Positions 32,756-33,000 of a DNA stretch of 33,000 nucleotides are shown here, piece after piece. Below the pieces are notes generated by a model that saw only the letters and a program-made list of their open reading frames with translations, did not search any database and had not been told where the DNA came from. The stretch lies in contig NC_133620.1 of assembly GCF_048593235.1 (NCBI RefSeq), positions 118,112,852 to 118,145,851 of the forward strand. Direction: 5' to 3'. A program made the position numbers and the translations under genes. The stretch's first letter is position 1. Each line of letters starts with the position of its first letter. Source of the DNA: Sminthopsis crassicaudata. Its lineage: Eukaryota.

Positions 32756-33000
32756 AAAAAAATTTGTTTTTTATTTTAAATCAAAATATCAAGCAGATAC
32801 TGGCAAAAACAATATACAAAACAGAACTCAAAATGTCAACCCTTCCTCCCAAATCATCTCTGAGCAGGCACTGATAGGAAACAAATATTCCCTTAGGAAA
32901 AGCAACTTTCAATTCCAGATCTTCTGGAAAATGGATGTCAAATAAAACCAGTCTGTCTATATTTACAGTTTTCATTTTATGTCAAACCTGTCTCTTGTAC
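32725..33000 (-). repeat. T30 tract followed by a probable old LINE 3' end
   Basis: Poly-T at 32725-32754 is read directly. The downstream AT-rich text resembles old inverted L1 tails, but the family is not established. Confidence 0.5.

Noticed and set aside
1-33000. CRISPR arrays, tRNA, rRNA or snoRNA genes
   Set aside because: None recognised; the tRNA-like boxes belong to SINEs. A covariance-model scan (Infernal/Rfam, tRNAscan-SE) would be needed to exclude small RNAs formally.

Overview
Mammalian, most likely marsupial, genomic DNA. The WSINE1/MAR1-type SINEs and the L1 3' ends point to an Australian, probably dasyurid, host (inference from recalled repeat sequences). Bases 1-~13,000 are gene-free and made of nested transposon debris: a degraded class I (gamma-like) ERV pol/env remnant, several L1 3' fragments, solo LTRs with target-site duplications, SINEs and L2. 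Bases ~13,300-32,500 hold the compact cluster DEDD(+), NIT1(-), PFDN2(+), KLHDC9(-), in the same order as human 1q23.3. I reconstructed all four spliced CDSs by hand with GT-AG boundaries and open frames: DEDD 318 aa, NIT1 332 aa (291 aa short form), PFDN2 157 aa, KLHDC9 343 aa. No new gene family or novel system is evident. The best second-look items are regulatory: a dense RFX X-box cluster at the KLHDC9 promoter, a spliced uORF with a perfect TISU start in the DEDD leader, a GGC repeat in frame with it, a 92-aa uORF overlapping both NIT1 starts, possible tail-to-tail antisense overlaps, and a well-preserved solo LTR upstream of DEDD. Repeat family names and human comparisons are from memory, not database searches.
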